A stretch of DNA of 64,000 bases from Phycisphaerae bacterium (GCA_963666835.2 CAXXGO010000006.1:2432001-2496000); one strand, 5' to 3'. Positions 35,923 through 45,883 are shown, counted from the first letter of the stretch. The notes: generated from the sequence alone by a model not told the origin. Numbers and translations: made by a program.

Positions 35923-38094
35923 CTACCGGCCGAAGCTGTGGGTATCGACGTTGAAGACTTCGTCGGTTGCGGGTAAGCGTGCCTCGAAGGTGTCATACTG
36001 GATGGTGTATTGTCCCAGACGCGGATCTGCGTAGCTGCCCGTGATCCGGAACGGAATCCGCACGCCGTCGACGTCGCGATAGTCTTCGTAGCTGACCGCC
36101 AATCCGACGGGTCCGCTGCCGGGGACCTTGGGAATGGAGATCGTCTTAAGAACCAGCCCGGTGGCGACGTCGACGAAATGCGTCATGGGCGCGGCGGCGA
36201 ACGGGGTTCCCCGCACGAGGTAGACATCCCGGCCGCCTACGGTGGTTCGACGGACCACCCGCAGCTCGCGGTAGAGGTCTTGCCAGTCACCGATCGCAGC
36301 CGGCACGGTGCGAAGCCTGGCTTGCTCGCGTTCGGCGTTGTCGAGTTCGGTCAAACCGGAGACCGGCGAGACCCGCCAGGCTCGGTCTTCGCCTACGACG
36401 GTGGTCTGGGCTTCCATCCCGCTGAACTGGACGGTCTCGCGCGAGCGCCGGCCGTCGGTGACCAGGGTGTTGCGGCCGCTGAGGCGGTGGACCGCGATGT
36501 TCATCGTTCCGGTCATGCGGAACGCGCCGAGTCTGTTCAGTTGTTCGAGCCCGTGTGCTTCTGAGTGCAACGCGAGCAACTCGTCGATCGATGGCAAGCT
36601 GTCGTCCGGCTCGATCCGCGGATTGTGGCTGTCCTGCGTGAACGCCGGAGGCGTCATCCCCGTGATCTTGCCGGCGCTGTTTCGCACAAAGTGGATACGC
36701 CCTTCGGGCGGGCCGACCAGCTCCCAAACGTCGGCAACATCGGTGGGAATCAGCTCGAATTCGGCCACCCCGGGAATCTCGATCGCCAGTTTGTCGCCGT
36801 TGCCCGTGACCGCCCGGAACATGTTGTCTCTTTCAGACCAATACAAACCGCAATACGGCTCATACTTGGACGGAACCGCCCGCGTCACATTCGTCGGTTC
36901 GATAAGGAGCTCATTGATAGCCCGCTCAATCTGGATGCCGGTGGGGTTGCCGCGAGATTGGGTAAAATAGAGGATCATCAGATCGCGGTCGGGCCAGACC
37001 CAACAATGCGTTCCTTCTGAGCCGTCGTGCCCCCAAATGGCCGACGTCATTTCCGACTCGTCTTGGACATTGTAGTACAACATCCAGTCCTGCCCGTAGT
37101 ACACGTCACGTCCGGGAAAACCGGTGGAGAAATCGGTCAGGGAGACGGGGGTAAGCCCGCGCTGGATGGCGGCGGTGGAAAGCAGGCGCTGTCGGCGTTG
37201 GCCGACCACCCCGCCGTCCATCCACAAGGTCAGGAAGCGGGCATAGTCCATAGGCGTGCCGAGCAACCCCTGCGCGCCACGGAGGAACGCGGCGTCTTCC
37301 GGTTGGCCGGGTTGCCAGTAGGACTCCCATTGACCATCGCGGATGACATACCGGCTGGCACACCGGTCCTGCGGGATAGCCCTCTTGCCGTTCGGCGCGA
37401 ACGTGTCATTCATTCCGAGCGGAGCCAGGATGCGCTCCTCCACGAGATTATCCAAGCTCGTATTGCTCGCTTCAGAGAGAATGGCGCCGAGGCTGTTCGC
37501 GCCGCCGTCGCTATACTGGAAGCCCGTGCCGGGGAGGAACTCCTCCGGACCGCGGCGGCCCCAGTAGTCGGCAATGTCCTTGAGCGTCTCGTTCTTGCCC
37601 GGGGCATGGTACTCCCAGGCGAGCCCGCTTCGGTGCGTCAGAAGGTCGCCCACGGTTATCGTTCGGGATCTGTCGTTATTGAACGAAAGGAGGTACGCGG
37701 CCGCGGGGGTGTCTGGGGAAAGCACGCCGTCGTCGATCAACATCTGTGCGGCCGTACCGATAATCGGTTTGGTCATCGAGCGTAGATTGAAGATCGTATG
37801 GAGCTGCATTCGGACCGACTGATCGCGATCCTGCCAGCCGATGCCCTCGTGGAGCACGGTTCTGCGGTTCTTGATGACCAGCAGTTCCGCCCCCACGATT
37901 TTCTCGTCGTTGACGAATCCGTGAACGGTGTCACTTAGCCTGCCGAGTGCGTCGGATGAGATGCCCTGGCTTTCGGGGGTGGCGATGGGAAACGCGATTC
38001 GGCCTTCGGAATCTGCCCGGGCGGTGAGGCAGGGCAGAACGGTGGCCGTAAGCAAAATGGCTAAACCACCAGCGCACCAAAAGCGCGAGCGCAT
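35923..38094 (-). CDS. Exported serine hydrolase (beta-lactamase class C/PBP-like) with extra C-terminal domains
   Basis: Signal peptide; FNLRSMTK (SxxK), LLTHRSGL, FQYSD, WGHDG. Confidence 0.9.
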   Translation of the reverse strand: MRSRFWCAGGLAILLTATVLPCLTARADSEGRIAFPIATPESQGISSDALGRLSDTVHGFVNDEKIVGAELLVIKNRRTVLHEGIGWQDRDQSVRMQLHTIFNLRSMTKPIIGTAAQMLIDDGVLSPDTPAAAYLLSFNNDRSRTITVGDLLTHRSGLAWEYHAPGKNETLKDIADYWGRRGPEEFLPGTGFQYSDGGANSLGAILSEASNTSLDNLVEERILAPLGMNDTFAPNGKRAIPQDRCASRYVIRDGQWESYWQPGQPEDAAFLRGAQGLLGTPMDYARFLTLWMDGGVVGQRRQRLLSTAAIQRGLTPVSLTDFSTGFPGRDVYYGQDWMLYYNVQDESEMTSAIWGHDGSEGTHCWVWPDRDLMILYFTQSRGNPTGIQIERAINELLIEPTNVTRAVPSKYEPYCGLYWSERDNMFRAVTGNGDKLAIEIPGVAEFELIPTDVADVWELVGPPEGRIHFVRNSAGKITGMTPPAFTQDSHNPRIEPDDSLPSIDELLALHSEAHGLEQLNRLGAFRMTGTMNIAVHRLSGRNTLVTDGRRSRETVQFSGMEAQTTVVGEDRAWRVSPVSGLTELDNAEREQARLRTVPAAIGDWQDLYRELRVVRRTTVGGRDVYLVRGTPFAAAPMTHFVDVATGLVLKTISIPKVPGSGPVGLAVSYEDYRDVDGVRIPFRITGSYADPRLGQYTIQYDTFEARLPATDEVFNVDTHSFGR

Positions 38095-38484
38095 CTCGGG
38101 TAATCCCCCTACAGCATTCCCCATGTTGGGCGGGCCGACCGCAAACCGGACGCAGACAACTTCTTCACTCGTGCGGGTCTGCGCCCCACGGTCGGCCTAT
38201 TCTACTACATAGCATGCGTCTTTGTCCCGCTTGGCGCCTCACGGCGGACAAGATCTGACAAACCAGCGACGGGTTGCGTTCGATCCGCGGCGAGACGTCG
38301 CGCTGTCTGCCCCGGTGACTTGGGCTCAGGGCACCTTGCCGTCGTGCATCAAAGACCATCCCTGCTTTGTTAAGCACTTGGCCGGAGCGTTGCGGCAGGG
38401 TTGCGGTGTAGTTATCGCTCTTGCCGACTTACCGTCAGGGAGTGGATCGGTTGCACCGACGGGGCGCCGTGCTCGGCCAAAGGC

Positions 38485-38543
38485 GGGTCGCTCACGCTCG
38501 CCGTTCCGATTGCGGTGGGTCGCTCACGCTTGCCGTGCCGATT
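38485..38543 (+). repeat. Second short repeat family (two direct copies; a third at about 39171-39190)
   Basis: GGGTCGCTCACGCT(C/T)GCCGT(T/G)CCGATT twice; GGTCGCTTACGCTCGCCGTA at 39171. Confidence 0.65.
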
Positions 38544-38576
38544 ACGCGGGTTTCCTCGGAGGCGCCCCCGGCGGGT

Positions 38577-39031
38577 GTAGGGCAGGTCGAGGAACGAGAC
38601 CTGCCGTGGTCTTCGCGCGATGTGCACCATCGTGGCAGGTCTCGTACCTCGACCGTGCCCTACAGGGGGTGACAATCGGGTGGCATGGGTCAACTTGTTG
38701 ACCCGTGCAGCTTGGCGAGCCGCAGGCATCACGGGCAAGCTGGAACGGTCCATGACCCTAACGCGAGATCGAGTGACGACCGGTACTTCGCTGCGCAAAT
38801 CGGCGACGCTTGCCCATGGCACCCAGGACGGCAGGTCTCGTACCTCGACCGTGCCCTACGAGGTCTTCGCGCGATGTGCACCATCGTGGCAGGTCTCGTA
38901 CCTCGACCGTGCCCTACGAGGTCTTCGCGCGATGTGCACCATCGTGGCAGGTCTCGTACCTCGACCGTGCCCTACGGAATCTCCGCGCGATACGCCGTCG
39001 TGGCAGGTCTCGTACCTCGACCGTGCCCTAC
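38577..39031. repeat. GTAG-type REP cluster: one REP on + and five identical inverted 30-nt copies
   Basis: GTAGGGCAGGTCGAGGAACGAGACCTGCC at 38577-38605; GGCAGGTCTCGTACCTCGACCGTGCCCTAC at 38634, 38830, 38888, 38946, 39002. Confidence 0.88.
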
Positions 39032-39211
39032 GCAGGATGACAACTTGATGGCATGGGGAAACTCGTTGTCCTGTGGAGCAAATGCGGTCCGCACAGCGTA
39101 CCCTACTTGCCTTGGGACGCCAGGTTCTGTAAGGCCAAGGCGTGCGGCTGGAGGATTGTCGGTTGTGGCAGGTCGCTTACGCTCGCCGTACTTGTGGAAG
39201 CGGTCTGTTGC

Positions 39212-39775
39212 TCAGGCCGGGCCGGAGTCGTTCAACTCGTGGCGAAGCCACAGGCGCGCTTGGGCCCAATAGCGGTCGGCGGTTGCCCGGGAGATGCCCA
39301 GCACTTCGCCGGCCTTTTCCACGGTGAGGCCTTCGAAGAAGCGGAGTCGCACGAGTTCGGCTTTGGTCGGGTCAGTCGCCGAGAGCCGCGCCAGCGCTTC
39401 GTTGAGGGCCTCGACGTTGTCCGGTTCACGCCGGCACGGCAGGTCTCCGTCGTCCAGCGACAATCGTCGACGGTTGCCCCCACGTTTCAAACGCGAGCGA
39501 CGCCTCGCTTGGTCGATGAGGATCCGACGCATAGCCTCTCCGGCGGCGGTGAAGAAATGCGCACGGTTGTCGAAGGTGAAGTTCTCGGCGCCGCCGAGTC
39601 GAATGAAGGCCTCGTGAACCAAGCCGGTGGCGTCCAGAGGTTGGTCGGGCGGCTCCTGGGCGATTCTCTGCTCAGCGAGCCTTCGAAGTTCTTCGTACAC
39701 CGCTGTTACCAGACGGTCCGCGGCTTCTTGGTCTCCGGCTTTGATAGCAGTCAGGATGCGCGTTACTTCTCCCAT
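39212..39775 (-). CDS. ECF sigma factor, TIGR02999-like, without an adjacent kinase
   Basis: VTRIL..GD..AADRL..VYEELRRLA, LDATGLVHEAFIRL, HFFTAAGEAMRRILID, VRLRFF, ARLWL. Confidence 0.95.
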   Translation of the reverse strand: MGEVTRILTAIKAGDQEAADRLVTAVYEELRRLAEQRIAQEPPDQPLDATGLVHEAFIRLGGAENFTFDNRAHFFTAAGEAMRRILIDQARRRSRLKRGGNRRRLSLDDGDLPCRREPDNVEALNEALARLSATDPTKAELVRLRFFEGLTVEKAGEVLGISRATADRYWAQARLWLRHELNDSGPA

Positions 39776-39956
39776 GCTATTCCCATGCGGTATGTTGAGA
39801 CTATCCCCCCAGAGTAGACCCGCTCCTTCGGTTGACCATCGCGTTCTAGTCTCGCGATACGCCGTGGCAGAGGCAAGCCCGTCTTACGTTTCCTTACAAT
39901 TGCAGGTGGTGCAGGGTGGGCACGTATTCGCCCTGCTACTTGCGCTTAGGTCGGGC

Positions 39957-41201
39957 TTATCGGTCTGATGTGTCAGCGCCGGTCACCGACGGCGCGACAG
40001 GTCGCGCGAACGCGGCTTGTTGAGACCAGATGCCCGGGATCTCGGCTCCGCAGTTCGGGCACTTGCCGTCCGCGATTACGTTGGCGCGCACGTTAAACCC
40101 GATTCGGCTGATCAGCTCGTGACGGCACTGATGGCAGTAGGTGTTCTCACCGGGGTGCATGCGCACGTTGCCCACGTATGCATAATGCACGCCTTCCTCG
40201 AGCGCGATCTCCCGAGCCCGCTCGATTGTCGACACGGGAGTCCGCGGCAAGTTCATCATGCGGTACGTGGGGTGGAAGCGTGTGAAATGCATGGGGACGT
40301 TGGGCCCGAGCTGCCGGACGACCCACCGGCACATCTGTTTGATCTCGTCCGCCGAATCGTTGAGCGTGGGGATGATCAGAATCACGAGTTCGAACCAGAT
40401 TCCGATGCCCTTGAGCGTCTCGAGCGTAGCCAAGACCGGCTTCAACTCGCCGGCGCACGTATCACGATAGAACTTCTCGGTAAACGCTTTGAGATCTATC
40501 TTCACCCCCGTCAATTGCCGGCATAGCTGGCGAAGCGGTTTCTCTTGAATGTAGCCGTTGGAGATCATCACACTGCCGATCCCGGCGCCACGGGCCAACG
40601 CGGCCGTGTCGTGCATGTACTCGTAGAACACGACCGGCTCGGAGTAGGTGTAGGCGATGGTCTGGGCCCGCCGGGCTTTGCACACCTCGATCAGACGTTC
40701 CGGAGTTACAATGGTGCTATTCTCGAGCTGCTCCGGTCGGAACTGGCTGATCTGCCAGTTCTGGCAGAACTTGCACTCGATATTGCAGCCGGCCGTGGCG
40801 ATGGAGAATGCCGCGGTGCCCGGCAGGTAATGGAATAGCGGCTTCTTCTCGATCGGGTCGAGGTTGGCCGAGCACAATGCGCCATAGACGAGTGTTTGGT
40901 ACTTTCCGTCGCGGTTCTCGCGGACTCCGCAATATCCTCGCTCGACGTCCGCGACTTCGCATTCCCTCGGACAAAGCGTGCAGCGCAGACGCTGGTCGGA
41001 CGTCGGCTCCCAGTGCATCGCATCGTGGCGATTGATGCCGTTCAGATGCGGGCCCGGGAGTGTTCCGGTGCCGGCGACGTCTTGTCCGGCCGCCGGCGCC
41101 AGGCGGAGCGAGCCGAGCGCGCCGGCGGCTCCGCACACCATACCCCAACGCAGAATGTCGCGGCGGGTGGGTTCGTTGAAGAAATTGTGTCGGCAGTCCA
41201 C
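39957..41201 (-). CDS. amrS: AmmeMemoRadiSam-system radical SAM enzyme with Tat-like leader
   Basis: CNIECKFC (CxxxCxxC), CTLCPREC, DPIEKKPLFH, YTYSEP, HFTRFHP, CHQC..CPNC; N-terminal TRRDIL plus hydrophobic stretch. Confidence 0.92.
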   Translation of the reverse strand: MDCRHNFFNEPTRRDILRWGMVCGAAGALGSLRLAPAAGQDVAGTGTLPGPHLNGINRHDAMHWEPTSDQRLRCTLCPRECEVADVERGYCGVRENRDGKYQTLVYGALCSANLDPIEKKPLFHYLPGTAAFSIATAGCNIECKFCQNWQISQFRPEQLENSTIVTPERLIEVCKARRAQTIAYTYSEPVVFYEYMHDTAALARGAGIGSVMISNGYIQEKPLRQLCRQLTGVKIDLKAFTEKFYRDTCAGELKPVLATLETLKGIGIWFELVILIIPTLNDSADEIKQMCRWVVRQLGPNVPMHFTRFHPTYRMMNLPRTPVSTIERAREIALEEGVHYAYVGNVRMHPGENTYCHQCRHELISRIGFNVRANVIADGKCPNCGAEIPGIWSQQAAFARPVAPSVTGADTSDR

Positions 41202-41202
41202 G

Positions 41203-42246
41203 TCACACCTCGATTACTTCGATCCGGTCCATTCTGGCGATTCCCAGTCCGCGAGCCCCGGCCGTGGCGATGTGCCGGGGTGGGCGGCCTTCCTCTGCCA
41301 GGCTTCGAAGTCCCGCTTCGGCCCGCTTGGACTCGAGAAGCGCGGCCGCCACTGCGTCAGTTGCGACGAAGTCCGATCCGACGATCAAACCGCAGAAGTG
41401 CCACGCAAAGCCAGGATGTCGGCCGGGTCCGGCATGGTACTGTGCGCGAGTGCCGTCGCACACGGTCAGGCGCCACTTGGGCGCGATGAACCGGTGAGAG
41501 ACAACATCTGCGACGAAGGGGTCGCAGTTGCTCGCGTGGTATTTGTTGGGGTTGTGGATAGCCCCGAAGAAATTCTTCATTCCAAGAGATACGCCGGCTA
41601 AGTTGTGGTCTTTAAGAACCGGCACACAGATGAGCGTGTCCACCTGCTCGGCAACGATACGCGAGAAGCACGAGCCGATCTGTCCGGAGCTTTCGATTTC
41701 CCGCTGGTATCCACTTCCGATGGCGTCTGCGTCGGTGCCGAAGCACCGTGATCCACCGGTCGACTTGTTCAGCCGGAAGCCGGCGTTGAGGAGTTCCACA
41801 TCGAAGCGATCCCAGATGATGATGTTCTCGGCGCGTACGTCCGCGCTTCGTAAGCCGGCGACAATTGCATCCACCACCGCGGGCTGAGTCGAGAGGCCCA
41901 GCGTGTTTACCTTGATTCCGATGCGATTGGTCGGCTGGAAGAACTTTCGCCATGCGGTGCGGGGGTCGGAAGTTGCGGCGAGACGCTGCATGCCTGCGTC
42001 AAGGAGGCCGCGAAGCACTCCGCGGTGCTCCGATACCACGCCCTTGGTTAGTGCGTCATCTCGGGCAACCACGACTCGTGCAGAGGGTTCTGCTCCATGG
42101 CTCTGACCGAAGGCTACGGCTGGGTATGCGGCAAGTGCGGCTCCCGTTCGGGAGATGAACTCACGGCGAGTCAACTTCCTGAGCCCGGACGATTCCCCGT
42201 CCGGGCGAGCGTACGTTGCGCAGGTGGAGCCCATTGCCACGATCAA
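41203..42246 (-). CDS. DUF362-domain protein with Tat-like leader (start 42246 or 42234)
   Basis: TRREFI + AALAAYPAVAFG; IGIKVN, VPVLKDH..AGVSLGMKNFFG, DFVATD. Confidence 0.88.
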   Translation of the reverse strand: MIVAMGSTCATYARPDGESSGLRKLTRREFISRTGAALAAYPAVAFGQSHGAEPSARVVVARDDALTKGVVSEHRGVLRGLLDAGMQRLAATSDPRTAWRKFFQPTNRIGIKVNTLGLSTQPAVVDAIVAGLRSADVRAENIIIWDRFDVELLNAGFRLNKSTGGSRCFGTDADAIGSGYQREIESSGQIGSCFSRIVAEQVDTLICVPVLKDHNLAGVSLGMKNFFGAIHNPNKYHASNCDPFVADVVSHRFIAPKWRLTVCDGTRAQYHAGPGRHPGFAWHFCGLIVGSDFVATDAVAAALLESKRAEAGLRSLAEEGRPPRHIATAGARGLGIARMDRIEVIEV

Positions 42247-43745
42247 TGCTCACCGAACACTTCCGCCTCGAAACACTCGATTCGTGCGCGAGCGTCCTTC
42301 CATGCGTCCGGCGGCAGCCCCGCCTTACGGCAGGTGTGTTCCAGGAACTCCTCGCGCGACCAACCTCGTTCGTACGCAACCTGTGGAAGCAGAACGCCAC
42401 GGTTATATCCCAGAGTGATTAACAGGCCGTGACGCCCGACAATGATGTCGTTGGGATCGTCCACCGGCTTCATCGGAGTCAGGTAGCTGATTTCGATATC
42501 CAACTCGTCCAGCTCTGTCGCTGTTACCGGGTCTGTAATGAACCGGCGGTCTTGGCAGGCGGATACGGCGTTATGTACGACCGCGTCGACGAGGGGGCCG
42601 GTTGCCTCCATGTTTCCGATGCAGCCCCGCAGCCGACCGTGATTCTGCAGCGTCACAAAGCAAGCACCGTCGCGCTGAACCACGGCCGGGAGGTCCTCGG
42701 GGATAACATCGGGCGTTGTCTTGTTGGTCAGGTAGGAAGTGACCGTCTGCCGGGCAAGCCGAAGGAGGGCCTTGCGTTCATTGTTTCCCAACGTTCCGGG
42801 TCTTCTGGTGAACACGATAGAATAGTAACTTACGCTGTTACTCCAGTCTCCGGTCATCTGGCCGGACGTGTCGAACGCTGCCTTAACGCCTTCGGCACCG
42901 CCACCCAACGAGAGAATCCGCAAGAGCAACAGAATCGCGTTGCGTCCGCAGACGGTGTCGCCCGTCTCGTCCAAATGAGCGGTGAAGCCGTCGAAATCGG
43001 CAAGAAGGAGCGGCTTTGCCGCCTTGTCGGCCAGCTCTCGCAGTTTGGCGGGGATGTTCTCATGGAACGGCTGATAGCCGAACCGCGGGCCGAAATGAGT
43101 GAAATCGCTGCTGGCAACCAGAAGGGTATCGTCGTTCACGAGGGGGGCGATTGCCTTGGCCGCGGCGGTGTAACTCTCGGGCGTCATCCTCCCAACCAAT
43201 AGCGGGACAAGTTGAAACTCGCCCAACGTCCGCTGCAAAAAGGGCAGTTGCAATTCGAGGGAGTGCTCTCCGCGTTCCGCTTCCGGCTTGGAAAGGAACT
43301 CGCGATTCGCCAGGAGCAGGTCGCAAGCCTTCCGGTCGATCGGGACAATCCCGAGAGGTGTCTCGTAACCGGTCAGTGCCTGCGGCACTTCCACTCCATC
43401 GTATCGACTGGCGTATTGATGGCTTAAGGCCAGCACTATTACCCGGCGATACTCGTGCCCGCGAAGGTATCGGTAGCCATGTGCCGCTACCGGGGCACTA
43501 AACCGATATCCGGCATGGGGTGAGATAACGGCCACCGGTTTTGCCGCAGTGGATGGGCCTGATGAGTCGTGCAGAAGCTCGTCCACTTGTTTGGCCAGGT
43601 TCTCGCGATCGCCGGGGTACCAGCTCCCCGCGCATTGGGCGGGTCTGGTGGTGGCGTTTTCTCCTGCGATACCGATTTGTTCCGAAGCAGCCATGGCGGT
43701 TGTTATTCCGATAACGGCTGGCCAGAAATATCTGCCCGATCTCAT
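42243..43745 (-). CDS. MEMO1-like (AmrB) and AMMECR1-like (AmrA) fusion protein
   Basis: AGSWYP, PHAGY, EHSLE, SSDFTH, VCG in the N-part; ACFVTL..LRGCIG, GVLLPQVA..W, KAGL in the C-part. Confidence 0.92.
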   Translation of the reverse strand: MRSGRYFWPAVIGITTAMAASEQIGIAGENATTRPAQCAGSWYPGDRENLAKQVDELLHDSSGPSTAAKPVAVISPHAGYRFSAPVAAHGYRYLRGHEYRRVIVLALSHQYASRYDGVEVPQALTGYETPLGIVPIDRKACDLLLANREFLSKPEAERGEHSLELQLPFLQRTLGEFQLVPLLVGRMTPESYTAAAKAIAPLVNDDTLLVASSDFTHFGPRFGYQPFHENIPAKLRELADKAAKPLLLADFDGFTAHLDETGDTVCGRNAILLLLRILSLGGGAEGVKAAFDTSGQMTGDWSNSVSYYSIVFTRRPGTLGNNERKALLRLARQTVTSYLTNKTTPDVIPEDLPAVVQRDGACFVTLQNHGRLRGCIGNMEATGPLVDAVVHNAVSACQDRRFITDPVTATELDELDIEISYLTPMKPVDDPNDIIVGRHGLLITLGYNRGVLLPQVAYERGWSREEFLEHTCRKAGLPPDAWKDARARIECFEAEVFGEH

Positions 43746-44045
43746 TTCGGCACCTCGCGTGGGACGCTTTGGAGTATACAGGAATCTCTCTGCATGACGA
43801 CTATGATGCCCATATCTTACTGAGAGCCCGGTGGTTCCGCGAGTGGCCGCCGGTTCTTCCGTGGGCGCTGTTCGGCTTTTAACGGGCGGCGCATGTTGCG
43901 TCTCTGGCCCGATTGGCAGCGGCTAGATGCGCGGATGCCGTGCCCAAAGACTCCGGTCATCTGTTTCATCCTCCGGAGAGAACCGGAGGATGGGGCTACT
44001 GCGGGGGTGAACCGGCCGTGCCGGTCGGGTCGGTTGCAGCTTCGG

Positions 44046-44074
44046 TTGAAGTGTCCGACCTTCCTCACTAGAAT
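44046..44074 (+). promoter_or_regulatory. Putative sigma70 promoter of the pil operon
   Basis: TTGAAG-N17-TAGAAT about 100 nt upstream of the first pilB. Confidence 0.6.
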
Positions 44075-44173
44075 CTCAGGCTGCTCGCGCCTCGCCCCCG
44101 GGGCTTGGCTGGTGTCGGCCCGTGTCGACACGACGCGGGGGAGGCTGGTGCCCAACGGCGGACTGAAGTCTGT

Positions 44174-45883
44174 ATGGCTAAGAAGAGGAAGAAAATCGGC
44201 GAGATCCTGGTCGGTTGGAATATCGTTGACGAAGAAGCGGTTACGGAAGCGCTGGCTTACGGCATGGAGCACAACAAGCGCATTGGTGAGGCGCTGGTTG
44301 AGCTGGAGCGGTGCAGCGAAGACGATGTCGCCAAGGCGCTCGGGGTTCAGTTTGGGCTGGAATATGTCGACCTTGAGAAGGAGCGCATTGGCCGCGACAT
44401 TGTAAGCCTCATTCCGTCGAAGATCATCGAAGACTACTCGGTCTTGCCCTTGGCTGAAGAGGGCGGGCAACTGAAGGTAATCATCACTGATCCACTTGAC
44501 CTGGAGACTCTGGATCTGCTGCGTTTCCGCCTGAATCGCGAGATCGTTCCGGTTCTGGCCGCCCCCGCCAAGGTTAAACGTTTCATCGAGAAATTCGTCA
44601 ATCTTGATGGTGATGTGCTGTCGCAAACGATGGCCAGCATCGACCAGGAGGCACCGGAAGAAGACGCGGAGGTGATCGGCGACGTCAAGGACGAGGACTC
44701 GGATGCTCCGATTATTCGGCTGGTTAACCTGCTTATTACCGAGGCTGTTCATGGGCGCGCCAGCGATATTCACATTGAGCCTATGAGTGATCGGGTGCGG
44801 GTCCGCTACCGTATCGACGGGGTCTGCCAGGTCCGCGACGACATTCCCAAGAACATGCAGGCGGCGGTCATTACTCGTTTCAAGATTATGGCGGGGATCG
44901 ATATTGCGGAGCGGCGTATTCCGCAAGACGGTCGAATCAAGATGCGGATCGGAGGCGGTCAGATTGACTTCCGGGTGAGCTCCTGCCCCGCCTACCACGG
45001 CGAGAGTATCGTATTGCGTATTCTCCGTCCGGAATCGGCGGCGACCGGTATTCCGGCATTGGGGTTTGCCGAAGACGACTACAAGCGTTTTACCGAGATC
45101 ATCCGGCGTCCCACCGGGATTTTCCTGGTGACCGGACCGACCGGTTCCGGGAAGACGACGACTCTGTACGCGGCGCTGCAGGAGTTGAACCGCCCGGACG
45201 TTAAGATCATCACCGCCGAGGATCCGGTTGAGTACAACTTCACCGGTATGAACCAGTGCCAGGTCCGCGAGGAGATTAATCTGACCTTTGCGAGGATTCT
45301 CCGGGCGATGTTGCGTCAGGCGCCCAATATCATTCTCGTGGGAGAGATTCGAGACCGTGAGGTGGGCGATGTTGCCATTCAGGCGGCACTCACTGGTCAC
45401 TTGGTGTTCAGCACTCTGCACACTAACGATGCTCCTTCGGCCATCACCCGCTTGATCGACATGGGGGTCAAGCCGTTTCTGATCGCCAGCGCGATTCAGG
45501 CGGTTATGGCTCAGCGTTTGATTCGTGTGATATGTCCCGAATGTAAGGTCGTGGACCCGAACCCGGACCCGCGGACGTTGAAGCTGCTTGACTTCACGGA
45601 AGAGGAGCTGGCCGGACAGACCATCTACAAGGGGGCCGGCTGTAAGCGCTGTCGCGGCACGGGTTATCGCGGACGTCTGGGCATCTTTGAGATGTTCACG
45701 ATGAACAACGAGCTTCGCGATTTGGCGTTCCGCAAGGCCACGGCGAGCGAGTTGCGGGTAGCGGCCAGGGCTTCGGGGATGCGCACGCTCCTGGCGGACG
45801 GAAAGCTCAAGATCCTCAAAGGGATTACCACCCCGGATGACCTTCTCCGGGTGACGCAGGCGGAAGGGCTAGCACTGGATTAG
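44174..45883 (+). CDS. pilB: PilB/GspE assembly ATPase 1
   Basis: MshEN-like N-terminus, ASDIHIEP, GPTGSGKTT, EDPVE, LRQAPN, CPEC..CKRC. Confidence 0.93.
   Translation: MAKKRKKIGEILVGWNIVDEEAVTEALAYGMEHNKRIGEALVELERCSEDDVAKALGVQFGLEYVDLEKERIGRDIVSLIPSKIIEDYSVLPLAEEGGQLKVIITDPLDLETLDLLRFRLNREIVPVLAAPAKVKRFIEKFVNLDGDVLSQTMASIDQEAPEEDAEVIGDVKDEDSDAPIIRLVNLLITEAVHGRASDIHIEPMSDRVRVRYRIDGVCQVRDDIPKNMQAAVITRFKIMAGIDIAERRIPQDGRIKMRIGGGQIDFRVSSCPAYHGESIVLRILRPESAATGIPALGFAEDDYKRFTEIIRRPTGIFLVTGPTGSGKTTTLYAALQELNRPDVKIITAEDPVEYNFTGMNQCQVREEINLTFARILRAMLRQAPNIILVGEIRDREVGDVAIQAALTGHLVFSTLHTNDAPSAITRLIDMGVKPFLIASAIQAVMAQRLIRVICPECKVVDPNPDPRTLKLLDFTEEELAGQTIYKGAGCKRCRGTGYRGRLGIFEMFTMNNELRDLAFRKATASELRVAARASGMRTLLADGKLKILKGITTPDDLLRVTQAEGLALD

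Noticed and set aside
38830..39031. CRISPR array (30-nt repeats, 26-28-nt spacers)
   Set aside because: Spacers are identical or related, an inverted copy is present, the unit is a GTAG-REP palindrome, and there are no cas genes in the window
38222..39272. ORFs across the repeat cluster (e.g. 38620..39048, 38685..39272)
   Set aside because: They are translations of DNA repeats with no protein-like features
43817..45421. 534-aa minus-strand ORF
   Set aside because: Antisense shadow of pilB, common in high-GC coding DNA
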